NCBI GenBank assembly: GCA_044892525.1
Contig: CM097885.1
Coordinates: 38,876,001-38,940,000 of the forward strand
Direction of reading: 5' to 3'
Length of the DNA: 64,000 nt
Source: Schmidtea polychroa
Lineage: Eukaryota
Shown: one piece after another, positions 1-14,300 of the stretch
How positions within the stretch are numbered: position 1 is the first letter of the stretch
How the letters are laid out: each line of letters begins with the position of its first letter
The notes under the pieces: model-generated
What the model saw: only the letters and a program-made list of their open reading frames with translations
Told to the model about the DNA's origin: nothing
Database searches by the model: none
Position numbers and translations under genes: made by a program

Positions 1-608
1 TATTTTTGAATATCTTAACTGTGCACCTTTTAATGTTTTACTTGCATAAGCTATTACATAATCTTTACATTTTTCTTCTTCTTGTCCTAAGACTGCCCCT
101 ACGGCCTTCCCGCTGGCATCCGTCATAACTATAAATTGTTTTATAAAGTTTGGGTATCTTAATATTGGCGCAGTTACTAATTTTTCTTTTAATTGATCAA
201 AAGCTAATTGATGTTTTGCTGTCCATCTCTTTTGTGGTTTATTGATTTTATCGTTTATACTTTGTACTATTAACACATTTTTACTTTCTCCCTTGGTTTT
301 TATTCCTTTAGTTAATTCTATCATCGGTGCTGCTATTTTTGCATAGTCTTGTATAAATTTAATAATACCCTGTTAAACCTAAAAATCCTTGCACTTGTTG
401 TAATGTTTTTTGTGACTGGAAACTTTTTCACTGCTTCAATTTTATCTGGGTTTGTTGTTATATCCTCCACACTAACAATATGTCCCAAAAACAACGCTGT
501 GGGCTCTGCCCATTTGGTTTAATCTTTATACTTTTATAGCCTTTCTTAATCGCTGTAATACGTTTGTAATGTCTTTTAAATGTTCCTCAAATGTTTTTGA
601 TGATATTA

Positions 609-1965
609 CAGTGAAACCTCTCTAATAGGACCACCCTTGGTTCCGGACCAAAAGTGGTCTTTAAGGGAGGTGGTCCTATTAGAGAGGATTTTATTTTTAT
701 AAAGAAAACTAGACTTAAATTGAAGATTTTATTATAAAAACTCATCTAAAGTTGTTTGTCTCTTCGATTTGGCTTCACTGCTATCAAAAACTATCATATT
801 CGTCAACTTTTGTTCAGCTTGAAACATTATGTCAACTAATTTATTGTCACCCAGTTCCATTCCAAGATTCTTAATCTGCTGAATATAAGATAAAGATGTT
901 TTTAAATCAATTTTTGGTAAATCAGATTCTTCTTCGTTTGGTTCAGAAACCTCACTTGATGCATCATCCAAACTAGTGTAAGAAGAAATCAGTTTTTCTT
1001 CCCAGTCACTCTCAAAACAGTTTTGTTCAAGAGAAATGACAAGCTCACTAAGGTCAAAGTCGAAATCAAGCTTCTTAGTTAAATCTGTTACGTCTTGTTC
1101 GATCTCAGTTATAATATCTGGTTTAACCGTGATATCCGAGCAGAACCCACATTTTTTAAAACAGCTCTCAACTGTTGACGGCTTAACAGCATTCCAAGAC
1201 TCCTTTACAAACTCAACAACATTAGAGAGATTGATTTTTTTCAACAACTCTTCTACATTGGCAGTTGTTTCATAAAACGACAATAATGAAGAGAGCATTC
1301 TTTTTTAATATTCCAGCTTGAAAGATCTAATTATACCTTGGTCTAAAGGCTGAGATTTGCTGGTAGTATTTGCAGGAAGAAATGCAAATTTTATATTGCT
1401 TAAATCCATTTTAGGATGACACGTTGCATTATCCAATACTATCAGGATTCTTCTCTTTTCTTTTAAAAGCTTCTCATTGAACTTGGTACACCATTCCTTG
1501 AAAATTGTACTGGTCACCCAAGCCTTTCTATTTGCATGCCATTCAACACCCATTTTAGACATATCGATGTTTTTGAAGCACCTAGGCCTTAAAGATTTAT
1601 TAATTATGACCGGTGGCTCTTTTTCTCCCAACATATTAACACAAAGCATGATTGTTATTCTTTGTTTGGATTTTTTACTTCCATATGTTTTTTCTCCAGC
1701 ACGACCCAAAGATTTCCCTGGCAACATTTTATAGAATAAAGCAGTCTCATCTATGTTGTAGATATCTTTCTTTTCATAGTTTGTAATAACATCTGGGATT
1801 TTCGAAAACCAATCTGATAGAACAGATGGTTCTACGGAAGCAGATTCACCTGATAAAACCCTCAAAGTAATATTGTTTCTCTTGAGGAATTTCTCCAACC
1901 AGCCATTACTAGCTTTAAACACATTGTTGTTTAGACTAATAGCTATCTTCTTATTTGATGCTTTG
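609..1965 (-). mobile_element. Tigger/pogo DNA transposon, 5'-truncated
   Basis: A TIR CAGTGAAACCTCTCTAATAGGACCACC starts at 609 after TA (607-608), with a subterminal 19-bp inverted repeat at 617-635/669-687. A second TA lies at 1966-1967, but there is no matching TIR at that end. Confidence 0.88.
732..1945 (-). pseudogene. Tigger/pogo transposase (end of CENP-B HTH + DDE_1 domain) with one in-frame stop
   Basis: Motifs FKASNGWLEKF, YNIDETALF, LDNATCH and QPLDQGIIRSFK are present. ORFs 1305-2003 and 732-1298 are in the same frame, separated by a TAA at 1305-1307. The N-terminus is missing. Confidence 0.9.
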
Positions 1966-4900
1966 TAGTATGTCGTCCATATAAACTGCTCAATGTTGTA
2001 CATATACTAATATTGTATTCATTAAACACTGGAAGGTTGCTGGTGCATTGGTTAACCCAAAGGTAATCTTGTATACTCATATAAGCCGTCTTCAATGACA
2101 AAAGCGGTTTTTTCCGCATCCCTTTCTTCCATTTGGATTTGCATGTAACCCTTATTTACATCAATGACTGAAAAATATTTAGAGTCTCTTTATTTATCAT
2201 ATTGTTCTTGTGCTTTTGGAAATGGGTATGAGTCTTTTACTGTTACGTCATTTAGTTTACGATGCACATTCTTATTTCTCCATCTTTTTTTCTAACTGGT
2301 ACTATTGGTGATGCCCACTGTGATTACGCCTGCCTCTTTTAGTTCTTTAATTTGTCGTTTTATTTCCTCCATCAATTTATAAGGTATTCCATAAGGTCTT
2401 TGTTTTATAGGTCTAGCATTACCTGTATCTGTCACGTGTTTAATGATGTCTGTATCTCCTAAATCAAATTCATGTTTAGCAAAAACATCGTTATATTCAT
2501 CAATTAAGGTTTGTAATTGTGATCTTTATTTTTAAATGACTTTTATTTATTAGATAGATGCGTGCGTATATTTTGTGTTTAACAGTAGGTGCTTGTTTTA
2601 TAATGCGTTCAAAAGTATTGTAAGACTGAGATGATTGATCTCGTATTGTCTTTTATTTTATTTTTGAAAATTTTTGGAGATTTACTCTCAAAATTTTTAA
2701 TCTAAAATAAGACTTGATTTTTTTTTTGGGAGTGATTGAACTGAATTTGTGAACGCTGTTTATATAAATTTTATATTAAATTTATTTGTCTTCTCTTTAA
2801 AATTTTGTTTATATAAAATCAAAGAATTTTTATTTAAGAATTTAAGAATTTTTACTCTCCGAGGAAAATTCGTTTTTATTTATTTAATGGAATTTTTCCA
2901 TTTGATTGTTTTTGATTTTATTTAATTGTTCAATAAACAATTTTTATTGATCTTATTGGTTATGTTTCCATATTTTTTCAAAAATAATAGAAATAAAATA
3001 TAAAATTAAATTATCACCCAATAATGAAATTAAATTGTCACAATAGAATTGAATTGTCATGATATAATTAAACCACAAAAGATAATTAAGTCACATTGAT
3101 TGTTGATGGGATTTGGTAGATTTGTTTGGCTCTCAATTGGACTGTATGATATTATTTGATAATTCAACTGGCTTTTATTGCCTCTCACTGTACACATTCA
3201 CTCTGAATTTATTTTACCCAGTCCAATAATTGCTTGTTAGGACAAATGTGCTGATGGGCCTTCCCCTGTCATCTAACACTATTATCGGACTACTGTCGAC
3301 CATGGACAACTCCAATCCCGAGCTTTCTGATTTTGGTTCCTTGCTCTATTCGATAGCTACTGATCCAGACTCAGACCTTCGTTCGGGTGCAGTCCTTGTG
3401 TGGGACAGTAATTTGTCGGGGCCGGGCTGACTCCATCGATTTTTTTGCTCCTTCACTCGGGCTAGGGCGCTCGGTACCGTTTTGCTAAAATACGATCAAA
3501 ACCACAAATGATCGATCCTGATTGGTCGAACACATACACAGAAAAAATATATAAAAGACCTTGTAGACATTTCACCACTTTATTTTTTAAAGAAACTTTT
3601 ACGGACTCCAATTAATCGTTAGGCTTTACGACTTTCTCGACCATTTCATTACTTTGTTTAAATTTTCGAGCAAACCGTTATTTGGATCTGTGTTTTAATT
3701 TACTACCGATCTTTATTCTCGGGCTTTTATATTTGTATTCTACAATCAATCTTGAACTTATTTCTCTGATTTAAAGTTCAGATAGTTGGAACTCCTACTA
3801 TTGGTAATTTAAGTTTCCTTTTTATTTGGTTATTTTAAATTTATATTACTTATTCAATTGTACATATTATGTCATAATTATAACTTAAAATGTTTGAAAA
3901 ATTTTGATCTTCCTCATAAGTATTAATAGAAATTTTTCAAGATTTATGTTTAAATAGCAGGTCCTTAATTTGATAATTTCACTACCTTTATAGATATCTA
4001 GTGGAGTAGATATCGCGAAGAGGCGGAAGAGACGGTAGTAGCTACTTTCTCACAGGCCCATTCACGATGCATCTTGACAACAATAGTACCATTTCTGCGA
4101 AGGAATCTTGCCGCGTTCGCCGCTGGGTTTTATTTTGATTTTTATAAAATTTACATTGCGCAGACTACATAGTTACGAAATTCTAGCAAAGTTTTTGTTA
4201 AAGTTGCATATAAAGTGCTGAGTAAAAGTAAATTATCAGTAATCAGATCCGAAAAGAATTCGAACCCCAAATACCCAATTAGAAAACACCATTAATACAA
4301 ATATCTTTCATTTATAGTGGGACAAAACTGCTAATATCGTCATAATTATTATCGTCTTAAGTGTTATTATTATCATTAAAATTTATTATTTAAAAATCAA
4401 TTTTACTAACCAACATTGTAAAAACAAGCCTTGCGTAAGAAACATGAATTGACAAATCAATGTATAATTTGAAAATTTCACCTATGATTTAGATTGAAAA
4501 ATGAATTGACTATCTTCATATGATAATCCTAAACATCCGGTGATTGGTATAATTAGCATTATAGTAAACTGAGGTATCCTGCAATAATCCTGCAACAATT
4601 TATAGTAATATCATTATTATTTTTGTGAGTATTATTACTAGTGTTGAGGAAATAAAAATTTACCAAAATGTTTAACAAATTTCTCGATATTCGAACTCCA
4701 GCAATTTATTGATACACCTACTTCCGAAAGTTGACAGCCTATAATCTAAAAAAATCAATAAATTTATATTATAGGAACACACAAACTTACCTGTGTGTAA
4801 AAAATTTAATGCTACGAAAGTTAACATATTTATTATAGGAATCTAAAAGTGAGAGAAAATAATTAATCATACAAACACAGCACACATGATGAAAAATACA

Positions 4901-5367
4901 TGCAAAATTAATATAGTGTTTTTTCCGAAATTAAACATTGATTAACATATAATTAACATATTAATATTTTCAAATTATTTAAAAAGTTATGCACAAAAAG
5001 ACTTTTGATTCAGAATCCGACTGCTCTACCTTGAGCTTCAGAGAAAAAGAATAAAATACATCGTAAGATTTAATTATAAAATAATTTAGAATATAAACCT
5101 TTAGATTTACAGATATTTCTCAGGACACAGTGCCTTTTTGCGAAGTTGAAGATCTGACAATAATCAATAAAATAGTGCGTGTAAATATTGTGTGTGTTCG
5201 TGTTGTGTTATTCTTGCTGTGTTGCTTGCAATTGATAGACTTTTCTGTCGTGTCTGTCTTATTTTGTGATCTAACAAAGATTTACCTTTTTAGATCTTAA
5301 AAAGACTGCTTTGATTTTTGCTCTTAAAATATATGTTATAGTTATTAATAATATAATTATCCACTCC

Positions 5368-5368
<1 letters not shown>

Positions 5369-5449
<81 letters not shown>

Positions 5450-5453
5450 TTAA

Positions 5454-5543
<90 letters not shown>

Positions 5544-5560
5544 ATTATTATTATTATTTT
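5369..5560. repeat. (TAT)n microsatellite
   Basis: Read directly from the sequence. Confidence 0.95.
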
Positions 5561-6015
5561 TTATTATTTTTATTGCATTTATTATTTTAAGTGGTTATTA
5601 TTGTTATGATTATTTTAAGTGATTGCTCTTTTATTATCTAAAGTGATTATTATTGTGCTTCCAAATCTGCCATTATTGCAATTTAAATCAGCTTTATATT
5701 TCTAATCTAAAAATATTTGAATTAATTGTTTTCCCACTTATATTTTTTAATTAATTAAAGATTCCTTTTCAAAATATATCTTTTTATGTATAAAAAAAAT
5801 AAAGAAGTGCACGCCGATACAACATAAAACAAATTTTTTTTTGGCATACTTTTTGGGATACTCGATGACTCTGCATTCCTGAAATAAAAATGATTAACCA
5901 AAATATCAGATATACTAATAAGCCATAATAGGCTAAAAAGATATGCATGAATCTCCTTATAAGATATCTACGCATGCTAAATTTTATTGCTACCTGGAGC
6001 TCTACATAAATATGG

Positions 6016-6157
<142 letters not shown>

Positions 6158-8026
6158 TTATTTATTTATTATTTTTTTGAGTGAAGAAAATAAATATCGT
6201 AATTTATTACCAAATTTTCTAAATTAAATTTATAATCATTACGGGTTAATAAAAATTTTATAACAATAATATCAATATTAGTATTTATCGGCCGAAATAA
6301 ATGAATTTCCAAAAGGAATTTTCGAAGTAACTGAATTTTGCGCGACGTAATTGAAATTCCAAAAAGAAATTCTCAGGGAAATTTATTTTTGCGCGACGTA
6401 ATTGAATTTTATTTCATTTAAATTCGGCTATCGGCGAGCTCAAGTGGTCGATGTTGTGTTCCAACAAGAATTAATACCTTAATTATGCATTACGTGTGGG
6501 TGGGTGTACCCAATTGGCTCATTAGTTCTGAAGAAACAATAAAGATTGGTCAGAAGAGACAGCCACAGCATCAGCAGCAGTAACTCTCGTGGCGAATAAT
6601 AATGAGCCAAACTCAATTATCTTCGCTAATAATTTCAAATAAAATATCGCATTTTGTGAGGATAAATCACAAATTTGTTTTCACAATCCAAATACTCCGG
6701 AATTTGAAAAAAATCATGAACCCATTGCCGAATTCGCCACCCACAATGTATTGGATATGACCAAACTCGATCAACAAACATGCTCCGTTTACAAAAAAAA
6801 TGTATATATTGATTTAGTAGAATTGATTTTATTAAAAGGCTAAATTTATTATTTTAAAATATATTGTAATTTTCAGTCATTAATTAGTTAATAAAAATAA
6901 TTTCAGTGATAAAATAATGAGAATTTCTGACAGTCCAAATTGCAACAATTCTCCCGATGCCATTTCTATGCTGTATCACATTTTATATCTGATTCTGCAC
7001 ATGAGGAAAATACGAAAATAGTGGAACTACTGGAACCGGATATCCAGAAAGATTTTGATCGATTTTAAATTTCATATTTTATAATATTTTAAATAAATTT
7101 AAAACCACTTACTACTTGTTTTCCCGTTGTTTATAACATTGATATAACATTGAAATTTGGTGATATTTTAATTTATATAATTAATAAATATTAAATAATC
7201 AATTTTAAAATATTAAAGCGAGTAAGTCTATTTTTTCTTAACCATAGCATTAGAGATTAAACTGAGTTATTAATTTTGTTTTAAAAAAATATGTAAACAT
7301 ATGCAGGTTAATTCAAAAATATATATTCAATCATAAATAATTCCAATTTTTTTTTTAAAATTTTATTTTTTAATTTGAAAATTTTATTAGAATATGTTAA
7401 GAATTATTGAAAGCTTGTAATATTTAAAGCGTTCTTGATAAAAATTTGATCCGATAATTAATGTGGTGAAGAAATCGAAAAGGGAAATGAAGCTTTTCAA
7501 TTTATCTATTTCTTCGAAAAAAATCCACAACACAGAACTCACACAACTCATCAGTGTTGAAAATAGTTCCTAATTCAATATCTCGGAAAACACTTTACTT
7601 CGATTTGACTTTATTTTATTTATTTGTTTATTTTTTGATTTTATTTGTTTTATTCTATATACATATACACACCTATATTTTGACTTACTGTAATATTTAT
7701 TTTACTTGCTCTACCTCTAATTTACTAATACCTCATTAACTAATTACTCGTCAGCCATACCCATCTCACCATTACATGTTACAATCATTGTTAATACATT
7801 TACTCTAATCAATTATGGCTATTGACAACCATACCTTTCCAATTGTTGTCCAGGGTAGCCAAACTCCGACAAGTTATAAATGTGTATGTTGTTATTTATT
7901 AAATTAAAAGATTTATTTATTATTTATTCATATTTTTTTATTATTTGGGGTTTAACCGATGAGCTACTAATAAATGAGACAAACGCGAGTTGGACATTAT
8001 TTATTTTTTTGTAAATATAATATATA

Positions 8027-9121
8027 TGTTACAGTAAATGTACAATCTTGGGAAATGTACACTTTTACCGTAAAATGTGTACATTTCCCAAAAAGTTAGG
8101 TTATCACATTATCACATTGGAGAATCGATGGGGCTCCCAAAAGAGTGAAAATGTCCATAAGTTGTTTTGCTACTTCTGAAGCAGTTTTTGTTTTTAGTGG
8201 GCGCAGTACAACAAATTTAGTTAAATGATCTTGATAATTTAAAATAAATTTAAATTCATTATCTGGTTGTGTCTGTAAATCTATAAGATCCACTTGACAC
8301 CTAGAATTCATTTCATTCGTCAAAATTGGTTTTATCACAATTCCTTTTTTCTTGCCCTTTGCCTTTTTTTGACATGCTTCACATAAAGATAAATACAACA
8401 TAACTGCTTCAGTAGTAATATTGTTGTATTTGTTATTAATTTCTTTCACTAATCTGTTTCGGCCACCATGGCCAGTTGCCAAATGAGCATCGTGTATAAT
8501 TCCATAAGATTCTTCAATAGTGGCAAAATATTTTATGCTACCCTCTTCTTTTAATGGACTTATTAATTTTTCTTCCTTCCTTACCACTATTATATCGTAT
8601 CTTTTCAGCCGGCGGTAATCTAAATCACTTTTATTCTTTTTTTTAATTTTGCTGCCTTTACTTCCAATAGTATTTTTTCATACTGATGTTGGTTTAAATA
8701 AATATTATTTTTGTTTTTTTGTGATACAATCTGTTCCAGTTGGTTATTAAATTTTTCTTTTTGTTCCATTGTTTTTCTAAAATTCTAACCAAAAAAATAT
8801 TTTTATTATAAAAAAAATTAAATTTTAAATATGATAATTTTAACGTACCTGTGTCTAATTTCTCTAAATATCTTAAATTATATCCAGAAATCTTCAGTAC
8901 TATGACAAGTGCGTACAAGTCAGTACAAGTGCTCTACTCGATTTCGTATTTTGTATGCTCACATTTACCAAAACGACATGGTCATTGTGAATTCAAAGTA
9001 CATTTCCCTTATTTGAAATTGTAAATGTTAGTTGAATGCACATTACCCAAATGAGGAGGCTAATGTGCACATTTACCGGAAAATGTGTACATTTGCTACA
9101 ATATCTACTTTTACCGTAACA
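8027..9121 (-). mobile_element. Ginger2-like (KRBA2/SCAND3-type integrase) DNA transposon, internally deleted
   Basis: Termini are TGTTACAGTAAA...TTTACCGTAACA with longer imperfect TIRs containing TGTACATT repeats. TATA flanks both sides (8023-8026, 9122-9125), and the element contains an integrase ORF. Confidence 0.82.
8096..8587 (-). pseudogene. KRBA2/SCAND3-like integrase fragment (H2C2 zinc-binding region + N-terminal half of the rve core)
   Basis: Motifs HDAHLATGHGG..CEAC, RCQVDLIDLQ, YQDHLTKF and LGAPSILQCDN are present. The ORF stops after the second catalytic Asp, so the Glu region is missing. Confidence 0.88.
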
Positions 9122-9535
9122 TATATATATAATTTAATTCATTTTTATCTCGAATTGTTTGGTTCCATGTCGATACCGGATTATTGTTTCTTCCCGCTCA
9201 TATTACCCATTCGATGGTTACCGTCTCTCCAACATCAATATTCGAAGTGCTTTTCCTTTTCTTCGCTTGTCGATATTCGGGCATTGGACCATACTTAAGT
9301 GTCGGGTGTATTCTTACCATCGGAACACTTATCATTAATGAAAGACATTCTTGTGAAATTTCCAAAAACGATTCAGTGGCCCACTTTAATGTAATTAATG
9401 GATTTTCAATCTCCATCTCCACATTCTCGTCAGTAGTATGATTGGGGCCATCCAGACCAGGGGCCCTCTGGACCACATACCCCTCCCCCCCGGGGAAAAA
9501 AATTTTTAGAACGATGCCACATATTTTTAGAACTA

Positions 9536-9912
9536 ACGTATATTACCAAATAGTATCACTACACCTAATAGTATCATTAATACTATATTTAGTGATACTA
9601 TTTAAATAATATCACCATATTAAACATTGTATATGGAGTGTATATGGAGTGGAGTTCTGTAAGGCGTGGATTTCTTCAAACACCGAATCCCGATTAAATA
9701 ACGAGTCTATACTTGATGAAAATGATTATTATGAGGACGTTGAGTATTTGGATGATGATGATGAAGAAATTTTTGATAATTATCTAAACTTATTTTTTAT
9801 TAAAATGACCAAAGCACTGAATAATATCACTATACTAACTCTAATATCTAATATATATTTTTTTGGTGATATTATTTTTATAGTATCACTGATACTATTC
9901 GGTGATATCCGT
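9536..9912. mobile_element. 377-bp MITE with TA TSD inserted in the left TIR of E1
   Basis: Ends ACGTATATTACCAAATAGTATCA and TGATACTATTCGGTGATATCCGT match 20/23 as inverted repeats. TA is present at 9534-9535 and 9913-9914, and the right TIR shows the empty site (GAACTATTACG). Confidence 0.85.
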
Positions 9913-10143
9913 TATTACGTAATCAATGCATAATATTTTTAGAACTATTACGTAATTTTTTAAAATTAAGTGATCTGGCGGGCTCACACTTTTTTTCATC
10001 CCAAAAATTAATGTTCTCGTTAACAGATTTTATTGACCGATACCTCATCTTAAAGCTCAGTCCAAGACCTTTCGAATGAGTTATTGAAGGTATCATCATC
10101 ATTAATATTAACAAAGAGAATGACTCACCCAATGACTCACCCA

Positions 10144-10960
10144 ACGATGCCTAATATTTTTAGAATGGTGCCTCTTATTTTTAGAATGATTATGTCATAT
10201 TTTTAGAATGATGCCTAATATTTTTAGAATGATGCCTAATATTTTTAGAACGATGCCTAATATTTTTAGAACGATGCCTCTTATTTTTAGAATGATTACA
10301 TCATATTTTTGGAACGATGCCTCATATTTTTAGAATTATTACGTAATCGACGCCTCATATTATTATGCAAAATATTATTAGTGATCTATCGGTGACATGG
10401 TTTTCGTTTGCCCAAAAGTTATCGTTCCCATTATCCGAATTTATTGGACGATACCTCATCTTAAAGCCCTTTGCAAGACCTTTAAGATGAGTTATAGATT
10501 CCTATCATCCTATGACTCGCCTTATTTTTAGAACGATGTCTCATATTTTTAGAATGATTACGTCATATTTTTAGAATGATGCCTATTATTTTTAGAACGA
10601 TGCCTATCATTTTTAGAATGATTACGTCATATTTTTAGAACGATGCCTATTATTTTTAGAATGATGCCTCATATTTTTAGAATGATGCCTCATATTTTTA
10701 GAATGATGTCTAATATTTTTAGAATGATGTCTAATATTTTTAGAATGATTACGTCATATTTTTAGAACGATGCCTAATATTTTTAGAACGATGCCTAATA
10801 TTTTTAGAATGATGTCTAATATTTTTAGAATGATTACGTCATATTTTCAGAACGAGGCCTAGTATTTTTAGAATGATTACGTCATATTTTTAGAACGATG
10901 CCTCTTATTTTTAGAATGATGCCTAATATTTTTAGAACGATGCCTCTTATTTTTAGAACT
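10144..10960 (+). repeat. ~20-bp minisatellite (ATATTTTTAGAACGATGCCT variants) in E1 left TIR
   Basis: Tandem units are read directly. They are mirrored at ~30817-31632, with related arrays in E2 at ~42345-42757 and ~50395-50822. Confidence 0.92.
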
Positions 10961-11229
10961 AATAATTTTGTTTTAATTATCGATTACATAATAATTTAAT
11001 TTTGTTTAAATCGTTGATTATATAATTTGTTTAAATCGTTGATTATATAATTTGTTTAAATCATTGATTATATAATTTTTTGTTTTAATTACCGAATACG
11101 TAATAATATAATTTGTTTAAATCGTTGATTACATATTATTATTTTTTGAATTTTCAATATTTTCTTTTAAAATAGTAACGCCCGCGCAAAAGATGTTATT
11201 ATTATTATTATTTTCAAAGTTTTAATCAA

Positions 11230-11341
<112 letters not shown>

Positions 11342-14300
11342 TGCAATTATTCATAAAACTTAATTTCTACATCAATTTCATGATTTTCAACATTTTCATC
11401 ATTTGCATGAATATTTTAATATTTTTCAATATTTTTCAATATTTCTTTACTATTATTATTATTATTTTAAATTATTATTTTTACAGTTATTTTGAAAGTT
11501 TTTCATCTTATTATTATTATTAATATTTTCAAAGTTATTTTCAAAGAATTATTATTATTATCTGCAAAGTTCTAATTATTATTTTTTTTTAGAAGTTTCA
11601 TTATTATTATTTACTTACATATTCATAAAACTTAATTTCTACGTCAATATCATGATTTTCAACCATTTTAGAATAAGATTTTTTTATTAAAATTTGTGAT
11701 AATTTGACTGATTCAATTTGATGGAGTTATTGTTAATTCGTTTTATTATATATACTCTGAGTTTATCCGACAAGATATTTTCTCCCTCTATGGGTACTGC
11801 TTGTAAGGGTATTGGTCGTAAGGGTACTGGCCGTAAAGGTATTGGTGTGTTTTATTTAGGCAAATATTTGGTTATTATTTTGCATTAAATTCATTGGTAA
11901 TTTTTTAGAGTTAGCGGGATTTTACTAACATTTTTTGTGAATTTCATGTTAATTGAAAGAATATTTAAGGTTTAGTGTTAATTCTAAGATAAATTTAATT
12001 AATTTCTTGATAATTTGCTATATTTTATTGACTTGTTTTTAAATTTTAAATAAAAATTAATTTTTAATGAGGTTAATAATCAAGTGATAGGATAAATTTT
12101 GATGATGATGACTTTGTAATGATATTGAATTTGACTAATTAATTTTTTCATATATTTTCTAAGAATATTTACACATTGATGAACTTTAAAATATTGAAAA
12201 TCTAAAGTTGAAACCAGCTAGTTTTATCACGATGATGATATATTTGAAATCTACTTGAAAATTAATGTAAAATATACTGAAATTTGTGATTTAGTTTGAA
12301 AGATATATCATTTTATAATGGCTATAATTAGCCGAATCGATGATCAATCAATATATTTCATCTCTAGTTAGGTATTTGATGGTGAATGTAGTGAAATATT
12401 TGTAGGAAATAATCATTTTAGCGAATTTTGATCTTTTAGTGAGCTCTTTGAGACTAGCTACTAAATTATTTCAATGGAAGAATGTTTGTAACAATTAAAT
12501 AAAATTCATATTTTGAAGAATTTTTTATAGATTTTAAGATATATTAAAGGGCTCAAGTGGGTGAAATTATATTCGGTTGGATTTAGTGAAGGTTAAGATG
12601 GTAATATATACGATTTAAGGTGTTTAAAGGGGTAGAAATATTTGGTGAGGGATCGGTTAATTGTTTTGAATATTTATATATTCTTATTGGTAAAATATCA
12701 AATTTTCAAGGGAAATAGTTCCTGTGAAATTATATCGTTTTAGAGGTTGTGATGAATGTTATTGCACAGTAATTTAGATTTATGTTTTACTTTAGAACCA
12801 GTTTTTATTAATTATCCACGGTTTTATTAATGGTTAATGAACATTACTTGGTTTTGACAATGAGAAATTTGAAATCTTTAGAATTAATTGATATCAATGG
12901 TTATTGCATTAAATTATTTTATTTAAGAAGTTATTTTATTCATTGTGGGGATATCAGTGCCAAAACTTGAGAAATATTGACTTAAAAGAGTTGGAAAACA
13001 ACTAAAGAAAAGTGATCTTTATTGAAGGAAATTTATGATTTTAATTAGATTTCTAGAAATTAAATCGGTTGAATATCAGTTAATCTATTGAAGGAATATT
13101 GTTATCGGATGGATAAATCTTTCAATGATATTTTCCTAAATTACCTTATTATATTATTATTTTAATGACTAAATTAACCAATATTCATAAATTTATCGTA
13201 CAAAATATCCATGTTTTGGTTACTCAAACATCTTAAATTTCTCGCAAAGATATACTACGCCCAATGATCATCTAATTAAATTAGCAAATAATTGTTACTT
13301 TATAATATATATTTCTAACTAATAAGCCCCTTAATTGGTTAAATGATAACCATATTTCTATTATGACTCCTTTAATTATTTTTGCCTCAAACAAATTTAC
13401 TCCAAATGATAAAGAATTTAAAATTATCAATGAATAATGACCATGTTTTTCTCATATTATTAACTATTGTAACGAACATTAGATGAATAAATTACCTTTT
13501 GCTTTAAATGTCTAAAATGTTAACCAATAAATTAGTCGCTCGACATAAGCGTAAAGTTACATTTAAAATATTCACGAATTTGTGATCATCTCACTAAATT
13601 ACCTAAGAATTTCTAACTGATTAATATACCCTTGCGACATGTTGAATGTGACCAGTACCCTTGCTAGCAATACCCATAGGGGGACAGAATATTTTGTCGG
13701 ATATGGTCCTTATTGATATATCAAAATACTGTTATTTATAAATTAACTAAAAAATACTCAAAATTACTATATTATTTTACTGAATGATACCTTAAATGTT
13801 TTTAATATACCTATTTCTAAATAAATCGACAGCTCAGACTAACAACATGTATGGATGACCACCCATTGTTAATTTATTTCCAGTGTCACGTCCCTCAAGA
13901 ATACCGTGAGTTTTTTAAGAAAGCTGAGCTAAAAGAAACTTTCCAGATAACAACTCACCTGAATGTTTTGAACAAAATGAGCAAAATTGAGAACAGGCTG
14001 ATAACTGAACAAACGATTAGATGGCGATTAACTTCTGGCCACAACCCTAACAACATGAAAATTAAGATTTTAATTATTGAATTCGTTGATTTCTGCCTGG
14101 AAATACTAACACAATATTTTTTAATTCAAAAATCTTCATTATAAAGTTTTGAATTTAAAAAATTAAATGAAGGATATATTAAATTTAGAATACATAAAAT
14201 TATAATATTATATAAAATTATATAAAATTATACTATATAATAATATTAATGTTTAAATATGCTTAAATAACTAAAGTGTTTAAATATGTTTAAATAACTA

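Larger units (their letters stand above)
1..2530 (-). mobile_element. Decayed Ty3/Gypsy pol fragment (RT + RNase H), interrupted by a Tigger/pogo element
   Basis: Minus-strand translation gives DVFAKHEFDLGDTDIIKH, KLNDVTVKDSYPFP, FSVIDVNKGY, FGLTNAPATFQ and VYMDDIL (~2500-1966). After the insertion it continues ISSKTFEEHL, FLGHIVS and TDASGKAVGAVLGQ..IAYASK (608-1). There are stops and frameshifts throughout. Confidence 0.9.

Noticed and set aside
3100..3500. GC-richer segment that might be an LTR or leader of the upstream Gypsy remnant
   Set aside because: No boundaries, partner repeat or PBS could be identified.
9649..9933. Acidic 94-aa ORF
   Set aside because: It lies within the 377-bp MITE, starts at GTG and runs out through the TIR, so it is not supportable as a gene.
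10144..10960. Regular short repeats superficially like a CRISPR array (also 28900-30540)
   Set aside because: The units are contiguous with no unique spacers, there are no cas genes, and the context is eukaryotic. They are minisatellites.
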